This document shows positions 7,829 through 13,156 of a DNA stretch of 13,156 nt, one piece after another. The DNA comes from Planctomycetales bacterium. GTDB taxonomy: Bacteria > 4484-113. Within the stretch, counting starts at the first letter, position 1. Every line of letters begins with the position of its first letter. A program made the translations under genes and the position numbers. The notes under the pieces were generated by a model that saw only the letters and a list, made by a program, of their open reading frames with translations, was not told the DNA's origin and did not search any database. The DNA is taken from the NCBI GenBank assembly GCA_037445915.1, contig JBBIJQ010000020.1:15779-28934 (forward strand), in the 5' to 3' direction.

Positions 7829-8272
7829 CTACTCTCCCTCTTCTCTGAATATATCCCCTTTTACCTGCACATTCGGCGGAGTAAAGAGGTAGATGTTGGG
7901 AGCGACTTCTTGCCGGCGCCCGCGAATGGCTTCGGTGACGCCCGAGAGGAAGCTGATTATCTTGCGGGCTTCTTCGCGGTTGTGGTTAACCACCCGCGAG
8001 ATATCAACAATCAGGATATACCCCTCGCGGAGGTTTTCGGTATAGACGGTAAGCGAATAAGTCACGCGCCCCTGCCGGTTAAGCTCAGGGCGCAGCACGG
8101 CTACTTTCACTTCCGGCAGGCGCTGTAGCAAAGGCGCATCGCGGTGGTAGTCAAGAACCTGCGGCTCCTGTGAGGGCTGGCGCTTGTGGTCCGGCGGGGG
8201 ATACTCAATGATCTCCTCGCTGGCCGGTTCGGCCAGACCAAAGAACCGCATGATGGTTAGCCAGAGGCTCAT
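7829..8272 (-). CDS. sepF: Cell division protein SepF (divergent, 147 aa)
   Basis: Amphipathic N-terminus MSLWLTIMRFFGL, an acidic/Pro-rich linker, then the SepF core EARKIISFLSG...AIRG...VAPNIYLFTPPNVQVKG. The start is re-called to ATG 8272, 13 nt after the rpoC stop. Confidence 0.82.
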   Translation of the reverse strand: MSLWLTIMRFFGLAEPASEEIIEYPPPDHKRQPSQEPQVLDYHRDAPLLQRLPEVKVAVLRPELNRQGRVTYSLTVYTENLREGYILIVDISRVVNHNREEARKIISFLSGVTEAIRGRRQEVAPNIYLFTPPNVQVKGDIFREEGE

Positions 8273-8285
8273 CGCAATCCCGCAA

Positions 8286-13156
<4,871 letters not shown>

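Noticed and set aside
8273..8285. TTGCG-GGA-TTGCG mini-repeat filling the rpoC-sepF gap
   Set aside because: Only 5 bp and plausibly chance; it overlaps the likely weak ribosome-binding site.

Overview
This window is gene-dense bacterial core-genome sequence, moderately GC-rich, with every credible gene on the minus strand. In transcription order: rpoB (3' end only), rpoC, a divergent sepF, RNase J, uppP, an 83-bp gap, a TagA/WecG glycosyltransferase, ftsE, ftsX, a coiled-coil M23 peptidase, an S41 C-terminal protease, and the 5' part of an NYN/LabA-DUF88 gene that the ORF track missed. The combination of SepF, RNase J and a beta' lacking the trigger-loop insert suggests a Terrabacteria-type lineage; this is inference and I assign no phylum. 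I see no mobile element, CRISPR array, RNA gene or defence system, and I cannot support a new multi-gene system. The most notable points are: (i) lineage-specific architecture in RNA polymerase beta', namely a ~170-aa helical insert carrying an apparent copy of a small RNAP module, a doubled jaw motif and an R->Y change after the trigger loop; (ii) rpoBC running directly into division, RNA-decay and envelope genes instead of the str operon; (iii) a structured 83-bp intergenic region with a direct repeat, a hairpin and an extended -10 next to a start codon lacking a Shine-Dalgarno site.
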